Shown here piece by piece: positions 39,811 to 47,501 of a stretch of DNA of 64,000 nt. The position numbers and the translations under genes are program-made. Below the pieces are notes generated by a model that searched no databases, had not been told where the DNA came from, and worked only from the letters and a program-made list of their open reading frames with translations. Numbering within the stretch: position 1 is the stretch's first letter; each line of letters starts with the position of its first letter. The stretch comes from Thermodesulfobacteriota bacterium (lineage in GTDB: Bacteria > Desulfobacterota_D > UBA1144 > Nemesobacterales > Nemesobacteraceae): assembly GCA_965116075.1 (NCBI GenBank), contig OZ220467.1, positions 64,191 through 128,190 of the forward strand, given 5' to 3'.

Positions 39811-41238
39811 CTATCCAAAGCCATAGTAATCCGCGCCTAGATGGCTTATAAGTTCCTCGCCCATGAGATAGCGGAGCGTGTTCTCAAGTTTTGTCAGCTG
39901 GACGAAAAGATCATGCTCGGGGTAAAGCCTTTTATCTACCATCGGACTTTTGAAGTAAAAAGAAAGCCATTCTTGGACTCCACTGATGCCCGCGCGTTGG
40001 GCCAGATCAAGGAAAAGCACTAAGTCCAGAACTACGGGAGCCGCAAGTATGCTGTCACGGCAGAGAAAGTTGATCTTTATCTGCATGGGATAGTCAAGCC
40101 ATCCAAACAAATCTATGTTGTCCCAAGCTTCTTTTTCATCTCCTCTCGGTGGATAGTAGTTTATTCTTACCTTGTGGTAGTAATTCGAGTAGAGTTCAGG
40201 GTTGATTTCGGGCTGGAATATGTATTCAAGCGCCCCTAGCTTGCTTTCCTCTTTGGTCCTAAAGGAACCTGGGTCATCTAGCACTTCTCCGTCTCTATTG
40301 CCGAGTATGTTTGTGGAAAACCAGCCGTTGAGTCCTAACAGCCTACTTTTGAGACCAGGAGCAAGAATGGTTTTCATAAGCGTCTGACCAGTTTTGAAAT
40401 CCTTGCCAGCTACGGGGACTTGGTTTTTTATTGCCAGTTCTTGAAGCGCTGGAATGTCCACAGAGAGATTCGGCGCGCCATTTCCGTAGCCAGCGCCACA
40501 TTTTATCGCGGCATAGGCGTAGATCATGCTAGGAGATATAGCCTTGTGGTTTTCCCGAAGACCCTTTTCAAAACTCTCTATGGTATGGTGAACATCTGAT
40601 TGCTCAAGAAAAATCTCTGTGCTTGCGCACCAGAGCATTACAACCCTGTCTATGCCATTTTTCTCTTTAAACTTTTCTATGTCACAAATAAGTTGTTCGG
40701 CAAAATCCATTTTTGTTTTGCCAGACTTTACATAAGTACCTTGAAGGTTCTTTACGTAGTTGTTGTCAAAAACTGCAGGCATAGGGGATTCCCGAGTAAG
40801 GTCGGATTTTATTTTTTCCATAAGGTCAGGTTTGAGAACTCCTGCGCGAAGTGCCGAAGCATGGCAGTTTTCATCGTATATATCCCAACCGGCAAATACC
40901 AAGTCTTCTATTCCGGCAAGAGGAACAAATTCTTTTATAAGCGGAAAGTTTTTTTCTGTACGCAGACCGATTCTTATCTTGCCCATCTGCGTAAGCGATC
41001 CAACAGGCCTAGCTACGCCGTTTATCACCGCTTTTACGCCCGCTATAAAAGTCGTGCTGACCGCTCCACCCATCCCAGGAATTAGAACGCCCAATTTTCC
41101 CTGCGCAGGTTTTATATCAAATTTTCTCTGAAACTTCTGAGGTTTTTCGGACAAGTATTGATTACCTTTTTGAGAACTGCTGCCCTCTTCTCGCTTTGCG
41201 CTTTCCGTACTTCTTGCTCTCAACCATCCTAGGATCAC
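39811..41238 (-). CDS. Inositol-3-phosphate synthase (myo-inositol-1-phosphate synthase family)
   Basis: N-terminal NAD-binding motif IPGMGGAVSTTFIAGV and NILGNRDG. The start is uncertain. Confidence 0.7.
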   Translation of the reverse strand: MILGWLRARSTESAKREEGSSSQKGNQYLSEKPQKFQRKFDIKPAQGKLGVLIPGMGGAVSTTFIAGVKAVINGVARPVGSLTQMGKIRIGLRTEKNFPLIKEFVPLAGIEDLVFAGWDIYDENCHASALRAGVLKPDLMEKIKSDLTRESPMPAVFDNNYVKNLQGTYVKSGKTKMDFAEQLICDIEKFKEKNGIDRVVMLWCASTEIFLEQSDVHHTIESFEKGLRENHKAISPSMIYAYAAIKCGAGYGNGAPNLSVDIPALQELAIKNQVPVAGKDFKTGQTLMKTILAPGLKSRLLGLNGWFSTNILGNRDGEVLDDPGSFRTKEESKLGALEYIFQPEINPELYSNYYHKVRINYYPPRGDEKEAWDNIDLFGWLDYPMQIKINFLCRDSILAAPVVLDLVLFLDLAQRAGISGVQEWLSFYFKSPMVDKRLYPEHDLFVQLTKLENTLRYLMGEELISHLGADYYGFG

Positions 41239-41557
41239 GTTTGAGAAGACCAGAAACTTTGAGTTTCTTGCGAAGCGATTCGTTCGCCTTTATAAGCGCT
41301 CTTGCAAGTCCGTGGCTGACCGCTCCAGCCTGACCGGTAAGGCCGCCACCCTTTACGGTAACCATCACATCGTACTCTGTCGAAGTATCTGTCACCCTTA
41401 GGGGTTCGCTAGCTTTTAACTGCCATAATTCCCTAGGAAAATACTCTTTAACGGGTCTTTTATTCACGGTAATAGAGCCTGTTCCTCTTCTCAACCAAAC
41501 TCTCGCAATTGATGTCTTTCTTCTTCCAGTACCGTTGTGTATTATGGATTCAGACAT
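41162..41557 (-). CDS. rpsI: 30S ribosomal protein S9
   Basis: 131 aa with the C-terminal tail SKKYGKRKARRGQQFSKR. Confidence 0.9.
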   Translation of the reverse strand: MSESIIHNGTGRRKTSIARVWLRRGTGSITVNKRPVKEYFPRELWQLKASEPLRVTDTSTEYDVMVTVKGGGLTGQAGAVSHGLARALIKANESLRKKLKVSGLLKRDPRMVESKKYGKRKARRGQQFSKR

Positions 41558-41563
41558 AATGAA

Positions 41564-41992
41564 TCAGACCTCCAAAATCTCAGGATTTTGAGCTACATGC
41601 GGATGGCTATCCCCCGGATATATTTTCACCCGCTGTATGAGCTTTTTTTGCCACTTGTTTTTGGGAAGCATGCCCCATACAGCCTTACGGAGAACCTCAC
41701 TGGGTTTTTCCTCAGCAAGTTTTTTTGCTTTTACAGACTTTAATCCCCCAGGATAGTGAGAGTGTCTGTAGTAGGTTTTCTGCTCCCATTTTTTTCCTGA
41801 AAAACCGGCTTTATCTGCGTTTACTATTATAACGAAATCTCCAATATCAGCATGGGGAGCAAACTGTGGTTTTCTTTTGCCTCGAAGAATGGAAACTACG
41901 CTAGTCGCAAGCCTTCCAATACGCTTACCCTCTGCGTCTATCAGATACCATTTTTTCTCAAAGTCGTTGTTCCTAGGCATATATGACTTCAT
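41564..41992 (-). CDS. rplM: 50S ribosomal protein L13
   Basis: 142 aa; WYLIDAEGKRIGRLAT...YYRHSHYPGGLK. Confidence 0.9.
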   Translation of the reverse strand: MKSYMPRNNDFEKKWYLIDAEGKRIGRLATSVVSILRGKRKPQFAPHADIGDFVIIVNADKAGFSGKKWEQKTYYRHSHYPGGLKSVKAKKLAEEKPSEVLRKAVWGMLPKNKWQKKLIQRVKIYPGDSHPHVAQNPEILEV

Positions 41993-42267
41993 TTCATTAT
42001 CTCCTGAGCAAATTTAAGGCGGAAATTGTACTGACTATTAGATACAAAGTCAAAAAACTCGCGAACCATGCAAGGAGATTGATTACAAGGAATAAGAGGT
42101 CTTAACCACCAAACAAAGACGCAGGAGAAAATTGCTATAGTTCTTGTTGTCTTTTGTCTATTGATTTCTATACTTGTCAAAATGTTTTATGTTTTAAGTA
42201 CTCTTTTATTTCCTTAGTAGTTACTGTCTTGATCATAATTGGGGACAAATAAATACTTTAGTCTGAA

Positions 42268-42662
42268 CGTAAAAGTTCGTTCAATGGGTGTTTATAGAGG
42301 GTTTGAGCGGTTGATGATTTGTCTCGAATTCCTGTGAAGCGGTCGTAGCGACCGCGCCCTGCGTAGTTCCAACGCGTATCCATCCAGAAGCCCGGTATAC
42401 GGTGCCTGTATATGTCGGAATTTGTACAAACGCCTCAATAAGCACGGGTGTGACGTTGTATCGTTGGGTTCACTCCTTGGGCAAGCGGCGACAGACTACC
42501 GAAAGAATGTGTGACCCAAGATTGGGTATTTGTATCAATGGAAGAATCAGGAACCGGGGGTTGTCAATAACCAACGGTAGATTCTTTTCACGTCGCTCGG
42601 ACGTCCATCCTATGAAGGTATCGCGCGGCGCAAGTCTCCGTGCGGTGGTGGAGAAACCTTTG
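42268..42662 (+). mobile_element. Partial copy (about 395 bp) of the IS66-like element end, including the 3' third of the DUF4338 gene
   Basis: Aligns with 28280..28680. The ORF-track 76-aa fragment ...RLAPRDTFIGWTSERREKNLPLVIDNPRFLILPLIQIPNLGSHILSVVCRRLP lies here. Confidence 0.65.
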
Positions 42663-42958
42663 GACACTAAAGGCTGGAAGGGCTGACAAAATGAGGTCAC
42701 TTGTTTCTGAGTGTCTTAATCGGGCTCCGAATAATACAGATAATTTGACCAGAGGAATTTAGCGGCAGTGACCGTGAATGGGTTGTTGCGTCCAAAGGCT
42801 GATAATTATGCGGAAATCAACGGCAAATTGCGGGAAAATCAAAAAATCTGCCCATCAGATTGCTCAAATACGAATCAGTACGAACTGAAACAGTGTTGAA
42901 CATGCGTTCATACGTCCTCGTCTAAAACCACTCCCAAAAGCCCTACAGCGCAAATGCC
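42663..42958 (+). mobile_element. Remnant of the IS5-family element right end (transposase 3' tail plus right terminal region), abutting the promoter of the intact collagen/RTX gene
   Basis: ...IKAGRADKMRSLVSECLNRA-like tail, then sequence that aligns with 33225..33469 and ends ACAGCGCAAATGCC. Confidence 0.65.
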
Positions 42959-42975
42959 TTCTTTCTCGCTAGTTC

Positions 42976-43012
42976 TTGACTTTGTGAGGGGGGGGGGGGG
43001 TAAACTCAAAAG
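42976..43012 (+). promoter_or_regulatory. Conserved promoter-like module TTGACT-TTGTGA-(G)13-TAAACTCAAAAG; candidate phase-variable promoter of the intact collagen/RTX gene
   Basis: G run at about 42988..43000. The about 130 bp running from this module to the ATG are near-identical to 27517..27645. Confidence 0.45.
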
Positions 43013-43100
43013 ACTAATTTAAGAATGAGGGTTCTATAACAAGGTTTTGCCAGATAAATGGTCATTTATAAATGGAACAACTTATAAGGGAGGTTGTAAT

Positions 43101-44306
43101 ATGAAGTTAGGTAGTTTATTAGTGATGTTGTTACTGCTTACTGGAACAGTTTTCTTTGTAGCTTGTGAAGGGGAAAGAGGTCCAGCGGGCGAAAAAGGTG
43201 ACAAGGGAGACACAGGTGAGAAAGGTGAGAAAGGCGACCCAGGGAAAGACGGAATACCTGGGCCAGCGGGGTCAGATGGGAGAGATGGAGCAGATGGAGG
43301 AGATGGAGCAGATGGTACTCCATTTGGCGATCCGAGATGCGATGTTATCAATGGAATACAGGGGCTATTAGGAGTTGTTAATGGCGCAAGCATTGCTGAG
43401 GGTGCCATCTCTGGGACTGCTGATGACGATGTTATTTGTGGAACTCGGGTTTTTAACTATATACGAGGGCAAGGCGGTGATGATATTGTTTACGGTGGAG
43501 ATGGTGGTGACATACTAGTAGGCGGTGCTGGTGATGATACGCTTTACGGTGAAGGTGGAGATGACCATTTTTTCCTTAGAGCTGAAAGTGGTGCTAATAA
43601 ACTGGTAGGCGGTGAGGGTAAGGACGCTGTTTACCTCGGTGGCCCTCCAACTTTTGGGTTACTTAATCTTGTTACGAACAATATAGGCTTTTTTTGGGGA
43701 ACAGGCTCAATAGTGGTTTCTGCTAATGTAACCTTAGATCTTTCTTCGGGGACTTTAGATGGTGCTGCTAATTCTATCAACGGAAATGGAACGTTTACAT
43801 TTGAAGGCATTGAGGATATTCGGGGCGGTAGTGGTGCTGAAACGCTTATCGGAAACGAGTTAAATAATTTCATCATTGGAAATGGCGGAAACGATACTAT
43901 TAACGGGAAAGCGGGAGATGATACTCTTCTCAGTGGTAACGAAAACGATACTATTGACGGCGGGGCGGGAGATGATGTTATTTACGGGAATCAGGGTGCC
44001 GACACTTTTACCGGTGGCGCTGGCTCTGACATTTTCCTAATTCGTAAAGGCTTTGGGACTAAGGTTATTGCAGATTTTGATTTGACGGAAGACATGATCT
44101 ATTTCAGAAATTTTACAGCAGGCGGGGAAACAATAACCGTTGGGAGCGGTAAGTTGACTGTCGGCGGAACTGAGGTTGTGATACATGGTGCGAACGGTCA
44201 ACCGGATAACACAAAGGCGGGAAAGATAAACAGCGAAAATAAATATAGGTTTGTAAATTCATCGTTTGGTCCAAAGACACGAACCTACACTTTTACAGAC
44301 AACTAA
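43101..44306 (+). CDS. Secreted lipoprotein with collagen-like G-X-Y repeats and RTX (hemolysin-type calcium-binding) nonapeptide repeats; intact paralog
   Basis: SD GGGAGG 7 nt upstream. Lipobox FFVAC. 17 G-X-Y triplets (GERGPAGEKGDKGDTGEKGEKGDPGKDGIPGPAGSDGRDGADGGDGADGTP). Several GGxGxDxUx repeats (GGAGDDTLY, GGAGDDVIY, GGAGSDIFL). Confidence 0.8.
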   Translation: MKLGSLLVMLLLLTGTVFFVACEGERGPAGEKGDKGDTGEKGEKGDPGKDGIPGPAGSDGRDGADGGDGADGTPFGDPRCDVINGIQGLLGVVNGASIAEGAISGTADDDVICGTRVFNYIRGQGGDDIVYGGDGGDILVGGAGDDTLYGEGGDDHFFLRAESGANKLVGGEGKDAVYLGGPPTFGLLNLVTNNIGFFWGTGSIVVSANVTLDLSSGTLDGAANSINGNGTFTFEGIEDIRGGSGAETLIGNELNNFIIGNGGNDTINGKAGDDTLLSGNENDTIDGGAGDDVIYGNQGADTFTGGAGSDIFLIRKGFGTKVIADFDLTEDMIYFRNFTAGGETITVGSGKLTVGGTEVVIHGANGQPDNTKAGKINSENKYRFVNSSFGPKTRTYTFTDN

Positions 44307-44333
44307 AGAATCTTAATGCGGAGTTTTATAAAG

Positions 44334-44372
44334 CCCCAGCAGGTTATTCGCCTGCGGGGCTTTTTTTTTGAT
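44334..44372 (+). terminator. Rho-independent terminator after the collagen/RTX gene
   Basis: AAAGCCCCAGCAGG-TTATTCG-CCTGCGGGGCTTTTTTTTT. Confidence 0.55.
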
Positions 44373-44404
44373 ATAATGGCAACAACACTTAAGGAGGATA
44401 TACG

Positions 44405-44572
44405 ATGAGTTTAGCAGAAAGACTTCAGCAGTTAATAGATTCGCATGAGAGCAGGATAAGAGATTATGAGAGTAGAATTGAGAAAATGGAAAATGATATA
44501 AGCAAGAATAAAGGTGGTATTGATAAGTATCATTCGTTTATTGACTTAGAGAAAAAACAATCAGCGTGATCA
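44405..44572 (+). CDS. Small coiled-coil protein (about 55 aa), conserved downstream of both collagen/RTX paralogs
   Basis: AGGAGG SD then ATG. MSLAERLQQLIDSHESRIRDYESRIEKMENDISKNKGGIDKYHSFIDLEKKQSA. A homologous start (MSLAKDF...) at 34088 is cut by the MITE at 34103. Confidence 0.3.
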
Positions 44573-44694
44573 AGAAGTTCCTATAACTCTGGACCTGACT
44601 ATCTGGAGACCTTTGCCCGTATTGTACGTGGTGGATAGATCCACAACTAAAAAGTTTTCGTTCTCCCAAAAAAACACCCAAGAGACTACCTCAT

Positions 44695-44765
44695 GAGAGC
44701 GGTTTTTTACTCCTTCTAAAACCCCTTGATATACATACACCCGCCCATTAAACAGCCGTAAAAGA
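44695..44765 (-). mobile_element. Degenerate remnant of an IS5-family/MITE left end
   Basis: GTTTTTTACTCCTTCTAAAACCCCTTGATATACATACAC aligns with 5753..5795 (AGTTTTTTACCCTTTCTAAAAACCCTTGATATGCATACAT), but the terminal repeat is degenerate. Confidence 0.35.
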
Positions 44766-44775
44766 TGTACGAAAG

Positions 44776-45564
44776 TTAGAAATCATAAAAGAGAATCACA
44801 AATATCTTAGAGAGGATAAAGTCAAGAAGTATTATGAGAAAAAGAGATATAACCACCGTTTTGGTTGTGGCATTTCCAACCCCACGCGTACCGCCGGTTG
44901 CTTTCATTCCCACATAACAACCTGTAATCGCTACTACGATTCCAAAGAAAAAGGTCTTTGAGATACCTGTGACAAGGTCTTCTAATGACACCCAACCCCT
45001 TATGCTTTCAATAAACAACGTGGGGTTTACGTCAAGTTCCATCTGAGAGATTACGATCGCGCCTCCTATGCCAGAAAGATTAGAAATAACCGCAAGTAGC
45101 GGAAAGGATATGATGCATGCCATGAGCCTAGGAGAAACAAGTTTTCTTATCGGGTCCGCTCCTAGGGTCTTTATCGCGTCTATCTGTTCTGTGACCTTCA
45201 TGGAACTTATCTCGGCAGTGATACCAGAGCCCACTCTTCCACCCACAAGAAGAGAAGTTATTATAGGTCCAAGTTCCCGTATAAACGCAAGCGTGACCAT
45301 GGGACCGACAAGCGACTTCGCTCCAAACCACGCAAATCCCCACGCAAGTTGAACTACCATCACCATTCCGATGGCCATTGCGGAAACCACCACTATTGAA
45401 ACCGAACGGAAACCCACTTCATGTATCTGAGTCATAAGAAGACCGTAGTCATAAGGGGGAGTAAAGGTGCATACAATAGCATTCCAGAAAAAAAAGCAGA
45501 CATCTCCCACGCCGCAAAGAAAATCAGTACACCACCGCGCAATATCTAAGACAAGCCTTTTCAT
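44776..45564 (-). CDS. ABC transporter permease, MlaE family
   Basis: 262 aa with 5-6 TM segments and FIRELGPIITSLLVGGRVGSGITAEISSMKVTEQIDA. Confidence 0.8.
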   Translation of the reverse strand: MKRLVLDIARWCTDFLCGVGDVCFFFWNAIVCTFTPPYDYGLLMTQIHEVGFRSVSIVVVSAMAIGMVMVVQLAWGFAWFGAKSLVGPMVTLAFIRELGPIITSLLVGGRVGSGITAEISSMKVTEQIDAIKTLGADPIRKLVSPRLMACIISFPLLAVISNLSGIGGAIVISQMELDVNPTLFIESIRGWVSLEDLVTGISKTFFFGIVVAITGCYVGMKATGGTRGVGNATTKTVVISLFLIILLDFILSKIFVILFYDF

Positions 45565-46136
45565 CTGTTTCGCAGTTCCTCAAAACCCGAAACAAAACCC
45601 CTAAAAAAAACCAAGTTCGCACTGAAAACAGAGGTAGGGGCAAAGTAACTGAAATCATAATCACATCTGCTAGATCGATACACCACGGTCGCAAGTCCTA
45701 AATCCTGTCTACCGGAATACACCTCGTATTCTGTGTAGAGCCCTGAACCACGTCCGACCTTTATAGTTTCGCGCAGTTTTATCTGCTTTTCACCCAATCC
45801 CGCTGTGAGTGAATCTGAGGTCTGCTCAACGCCTCTGCGCTGCTTTTCACAGTCTGAGTTCACAGTAATCATCAGTTCCGCTTCTTCATTGTAAAACGCC
45901 AAGTCGCCGTCTGAAAGTGGAACTCTTTCCCATTTCTTTCCAAGTTGAGTTATACGATAGTTTGTGCGTTCGGAGAAATATGTTCCATCCTTTAGCTCTC
46001 CGGCCTTTTTCTCGTCTGAAGATGCATAGACAAGAGCAAATCTCACTGCAGAGCAGGAATAGAAAAGTGGGATGAACAGAACGGAGATTAGAAAGAGAGC
46101 ATTTTTACGCATAAGCCCAAACAAATATGAAAACAA
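45561..46136 (-). CDS. Putative lipoprotein (possibly an ABC-type transport auxiliary component, DUF330-like)
   Basis: Signal plus lipobox (LFYSC), about 190 aa. Overlaps the mlaE start by 4 nt. Confidence 0.4.
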   Translation of the reverse strand: MFSYLFGLMRKNALFLISVLFIPLFYSCSAVRFALVYASSDEKKAGELKDGTYFSERTNYRITQLGKKWERVPLSDGDLAFYNEEAELMITVNSDCEKQRRGVEQTSDSLTAGLGEKQIKLRETIKVGRGSGLYTEYEVYSGRQDLGLATVVYRSSRCDYDFSYFAPTSVFSANLVFFRGFVSGFEELRNR

Positions 46137-46213
46137 GTCTTAGCCGGTTAAAATACTTGAATATACGGTAAAAACCAAGCACTCTTGAAACTTGAAAACC
46201 CGAGGTGAATTTT

Positions 46214-46468
46214 TTGAACTCCGTAACGATTTATACAAGCGCCTATTGCACATACTGCATGCGAGCAAAAAGGCTCCTTGAGGCAAAAGGCATAGACTAC
46301 CAAGAAGTAAGACTTGACGAAGACCAGGAAAAAAGAAGAGAACTTGTAGAAAAATTCAACTGGAGAACTGTTCCTATGATCTTGGTTAAGGATCAGTTTA
46401 TAGGTGGCTACACTGAACTCGCCAAACTTGAAAATTCGGGTGAGCTTTACCGAATGCTCAAAGGATAA
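46214..46468 (+). CDS. Glutaredoxin (Grx3-like)
   Basis: VTIYTSAYCTYCMRAKRLLEAKGIDYQEV...WRTVPMILV...IGGYTEL. Start is either the TTG at 46214 (SD GAGGTGA) or the GTG at 46205. Confidence 0.8.
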   Translation: MNSVTIYTSAYCTYCMRAKRLLEAKGIDYQEVRLDEDQEKRRELVEKFNWRTVPMILVKDQFIGGYTELAKLENSGELYRMLKG

Positions 46469-46482
46469 TTTTTCTGCGAAAT

Positions 46483-47102
46483 GAGGCATTTGCACTGTCC
46501 AAGATTTATATGCATATCAAGAGGTTTTAGAAGGGGGTAAAAAACTTTTTACCCCACCCCAAAAATCAGTTGCTGATTTTTCCCTGAAAGACCCAAAAAG
46601 TACATCTGACTACGACCGCTTCACAGGAACTGAAGACAAATCCTTAACCGCTCAACCCTCTATAAACACCCCCTGAACAAAAATTTACGCAAGTTCAGAT
46701 TAGAAAAGCACTTTATCAGATGTAAGGCTGAAATGAGTGTTCGTACACGCTTAGAGTTGTGTGTGATGATAGTGCTAGCGATTGGACACATAAAGGCCGG
46801 AAGGGCTGATAATATGAGGCCACTTGTTTCTGGGTGTCTTCCTAGGGCTGGATAGAGTTTTTCTCCGAATAATACAGATAATTTGACCAGAGAAATTTAG
46901 CGGCATTGACCATGAATGGATTGTTGCGTTCAAAGGCTGGTAATTGGGCAGAAATCAGCAGCAAATTGCGGGAAAATCAAAAAATCTGCTCGTCAGATTA
47001 TCAAATACGAATAGTACGAACTGAAACAGTGGTGAACATACGTTCATTACGTTCTCATTAACGTCAAAACCACACCCAAAAACCATACCGCGCAGATGCC
47101 TC
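46483..47102 (+). mobile_element. Composite IS remnant: IS5-family left end, a short reverse-complemented IS66-like end fragment (about 46605..46680), the transposase 3' tail (about 46690..46855), and the IS5-family right end
   Basis: Begins GAGGCATTTGCACTGTCC and ends ACCGCGCAGATGCCTC. The internal ...LEKHFIRCKAEMSVRTRLELCVMIVLAIGHIKAGRADNMRPLVSGCLPRAG* parallels the transposase C-terminus at 33070..33220. Confidence 0.65.
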
Positions 47103-47115
47103 GTAATCTGGACTA

Positions 47116-47150
47116 CTTGACACCTCCTTTTTTAGTGGTATCATTGGACG
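47116..47150 (+). promoter_or_regulatory. Putative sigma-70 promoter (TTGACA, 16-nt spacer, TATCAT) directly after the IS remnant, driving the riboswitch-btuB unit
   Basis: Hexamers read directly: ttgaca-cctccttttttagtgg-tatcat. Confidence 0.35.
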
Positions 47151-47154
47151 CTAG

Positions 47155-47345
47155 ATTCAGGTTAAGGGAATCGGGTGAAAATCCCGGACTGTTCCCGCAG
47201 CCGTTATAAGGTTTTTCCTCACATTAACTCAGAGAAATTCCAATGCTCTGGGGGTCACTGGCCGACGAATATTGGCTGGGAAGGCTTACGGAGGAACCCG
47301 CTTTTATAGCACGCCTTTAAGTCGGAAGACCTGCCTGTATCAATC
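47155..47345 (+). promoter_or_regulatory. Cobalamin (AdoCbl) riboswitch
   Basis: Conserved core GGTTAAGGGAATCGGGTGAAAATCCCGGACTGTTCCCGCAGCCGTA, a GTCACTGGCC element, and the B12 box AGTCGGAAGACCTGCC. Lies upstream of a BtuB-like receptor. Confidence 0.7.
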
Positions 47346-47501
47346 CTGGTAGATGCCTCGGGAGTTAGGCTGATGGGTTCTGAAAGGCTTCTTTATCAAT
47401 CGGACCACACTTGAGAAAAAGAAACTTTTAGACATGCGTTCTCTGTACGCTGAACCGACGCTTCTTCCAGAAAACACTTAAGTTCAAGGAGGAACTTTAC
47501 T

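Noticed and set aside
43082-43408. Minus-strand ORFs (108 aa and 61 aa) rich in Pro/Ser/Leu
   Set aside because: Mirror-frame translation of the collagen-like G-X-Y repeat DNA of the gene on the plus strand. The same artefact is seen at 27624..27815.
37019-45564. Idea that the 7 kb separating mlaF-like and mlaE-like genes is an insertion splitting an mla operon
   Set aside because: The intervening DNA contains core genes (sodA, sigma factor, inositol-phosphate synthase, rpsI, rplM) in host-like composition, so it is not a simple insertion. The two ABC components may belong to different systems.
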